64,000 nucleotides of DNA from Mobula hypostoma (Eukaryota). Positions 61,698 to 64,000 of this stretch are shown here, one piece after another. A program made the position numbers and the translations under genes. The DNA lies in the NCBI RefSeq assembly GCF_963921235.1, contig NC_086097.1:12214001-12278000 (forward strand), read 5' to 3'. The notes under the pieces were generated by a model, which saw only the letters and a list, made by a program, of their open reading frames with translations, did not search any database and was not told the origin of the DNA. Within the stretch, counting starts at the first letter, position 1; the number at the start of each line of letters is the position of its first letter.

Positions 61698-62262
61698 CTG
61701 GGAGGTGGTAATGGGGATAAGCACCCACTACCTATTAAATGCTCCCAACAGTATGTGTCTCAAATAGCCTTTGTCAACCAAGTCCAGCTCCTGGCCTTCA
61801 CGCGTGGCTTAGCTACTAATCACAATGGAACCATTTCTACTGACAGGAGAAGGGAGTAAGTCTGGTCACTGATGCTTTAAGGCCAGTCACTTTGGGCAGA
61901 TGGGGCTCGTCGGCCGTGGTTGGCAGCTCATCTAGGAGAAGGGAAACGCTGATCTCAAACCTTCACTGTCTTGTAATTACATCCACTCATGGGGAAGGCT
62001 TTGGGAATAAACCCCAAAGGAAATATCCAGAGCTGAAATCCCTAAACTATGTTGAGTTCAACACTGACTGGCAACTCCTGCAACACTGCTGGTGCCAAAC
62101 TGTATCGGTCTCTGCTGTTTCTTTGCTTCTACCAGATGCTTGGAGAGGGGGAGATTGCTACATTGGCAGCAATTTGCCCTCCATATTGTATATCCCTGGC
62201 TTGCATATCTAGACAGCAAAGATGCAACATCCATGATCGACCCTCACCGAGGAGACCTTCAA
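61698..62262 (+). mobile_element. About 570-bp RTE-like non-coding repeat
   Basis: Colinear with the reverse complement of 36570-37148. Confidence 0.65.
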
Positions 62263-63494
62263 AGATGTTATCCTCACAAGGGCAGGTTATTGTGAGGCAT
62301 GACATTGGTTGTTATAGCAGCATGTTGTGCATAAACTTCCTACAATAAAACAGACTATATTTCAAAATTGCTTCATGGTTGGTAAAGGTTTTTTTTATAA
62401 AAAGATTAAAAAAAACATGAGGAGTGATGTATAAACAAGAATCTATCCTTCAGTTTCCCGCTCCAGGAATCTCACCTAAGGTATTTGTAAGACATCTTGC
62501 AACTTTTAATCAGGGGTCAAATGTCCGCTTTAGAATACCTACTGTATGTCTCCTTTGAGGTACTGAGATCTCTTGCACAATGTACGGTAACATGAAAGAT
62601 GTCAAATGTGAAATTAGAAAGGTATCAGAAGTCTTTCAGCAGTCAAAGATCCTCTTGCTGTTCAGTCCCTGAGGTTTCGTTCTGTCTATCTGTCAGATAA
62701 GAAGTAAGTCATAGATATAGTCTGTTCAACCATCTTTTTTTTTTGAAATTTGACTACAGCGCTTAGACCAGCTCCCTTTGAGGAAATAACAGTTCTGTAA
62801 CATTCCCCAGTTGGCCAACAAGAGGTCAGTTACCCAGATTCCTTAAAGGACTTCCATTTCACTTTGTTCTATGAGCACCACTTTATATCTACCATGGGTT
62901 GTATGCTTAATGCCTTCCACATGTTGGGAGTTTCAATGTTGCAGGTGTTTGGTGATAAACCTTACCAGCTTATCCCACCCCCACTCCTGTGCCCCTTAAA
63001 TCCCCTGATGTTTGAGAGGAATCTTGTTATAAACGTAGAGAAGAAAAAATATTTGTCAGATTTTAGAGTATCATCAATAATGGGCGACATTCAAAGCCTA
63101 GCCTGCAGCAAGCAGAAAAAAAAGAGGAATTTCTCCGTCTGTTTATAGCCCACCTCAAAATAGTTAGAAAATACCAAACAACCCTTCTTCTTTGTACTTT
63201 ATATTTCAAAGGTTTGTAAACCATTATGTCTGTGCAGCTGGCTTAATCTATTCTGTAATCCTCAACATTTAAAGTAAAGATCTTTTATCGATGGGAATAT
63301 AAAAGAAAATCACATGCCGAGTTTACAGTTTCTGAATGGTTTCAGGATGTATAAATCTGCTCAGCAACTGAGCACTTTGGTCAGTTCTGCTGAGATTTTG
63401 AAAGGAATTTAGAGAAGTTGGTGTCATTCATTTACCTGAAACCAAGCAACCTGTTTTTAGGTTTTATTATTCTTTCAAGCTCCCACAGCTGCCT

Positions 63495-63890
63495 CTTAGG
63501 AGTTTGTATGTTCTCCCCGTGACAGTATGGATTTCCTCCAGGTGCTCTGATTTCCTCCCACAGTCCAAAGACGTACCAGTCAGTAGGTTAATCAGTCATT
63601 GTAACTTGTCACGCAATTAGACTAGGGTTAAATAGGGAGTTGCGGGTCGGCATGCTGTATCTCAATTTAATTTTTATAAATTAAAAAATATATTAACAGC
63701 TCTATAATAAGGAGTGCTGTATATGCAGGACCCTTAGCATTGTCAATGATCCCTCCCATCCGTCCTAAAATCTCTTTTTTCCCCTGGCATCAGGCAGGAG
63801 ATATTGTAGCATTAGGACAAGAACTGTTAAGATGAGAAACAGCTTCCTCCCTCTGGCTGTGAGACTACTAAACCCACTGCCACCATCCAG
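63495..63890 (+). mobile_element. V-SINE fragment (63495-63665) and Rex1-type 3' relic (63715-63890)
   Basis: V-domain CTCCCACAGTCCAAAGACGTACC; DPSHP...SGRRYCSIRTRTVKMRNSFLPLAVRLLN. Confidence 0.7.
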
Positions 63891-64000
63891 ATGTCATCAC
63901 ACACGAAGCATCAGTAGAGTTATACTATTTACTTCTTAACTTGTGATATAAATGCATGTTATTATTTGTTATTTTAACGAGTATCAGTGGAGTTAAATTT

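Noticed and set aside
61698..61850. HDV-like ribozyme at the head of the RTE-like repeat
   Set aside because: A TTCACG loop-like motif and CTAA are present, but I could not assign consistent P1-P4 pairings in both copies, so it is not called as a feature.

Overview
Eukaryotic, repeat-dominated genomic DNA (intronic or intergenic) from a vertebrate. The repeat set (V-SINE/HE1-type SINEs, CR1, Rex1/Babar, RTE derivatives, abundant Penelope-like elements) suggests a cartilaginous fish, probably a ray; this is inference. I cannot support any host protein-coding gene, rRNA, tRNA gene or CRISPR array. Main contents: (1) a Penelope-like retroelement (PLE) family, with one 5'-truncated, near-intact RT + GIY-YIG copy (28227-31309, minus strand, 10-bp TSD) and many short 3'/pseudo-LTR copies; (2) more than a dozen intact-to-decayed minimal type I hammerhead ribozyme (HHR) motifs (AGTC-CTGA(C/T)GA-AGGGTCTCGGCC(C/T)-GAAAC-GTC-GACT) carried by those pseudo-LTRs, including a compact tandem-HHR unit at 3219-3732 that looks like a retrozyme with a 409-nt cleavage-to-cleavage monomer, and ~100-bp solo HHR insertions with their own TSDs; (3) a decayed GalEa-type Copia LTR element nested in a PLE; (4) a Passport-like IR/DR Tc1 and a second Tc1 derivative; (5) a 31-bp minisatellite of about 2 kb; (6) many CR1, Rex1, RTE and SINE relics. 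Boundaries of old repeats are approximate because they were read by eye.
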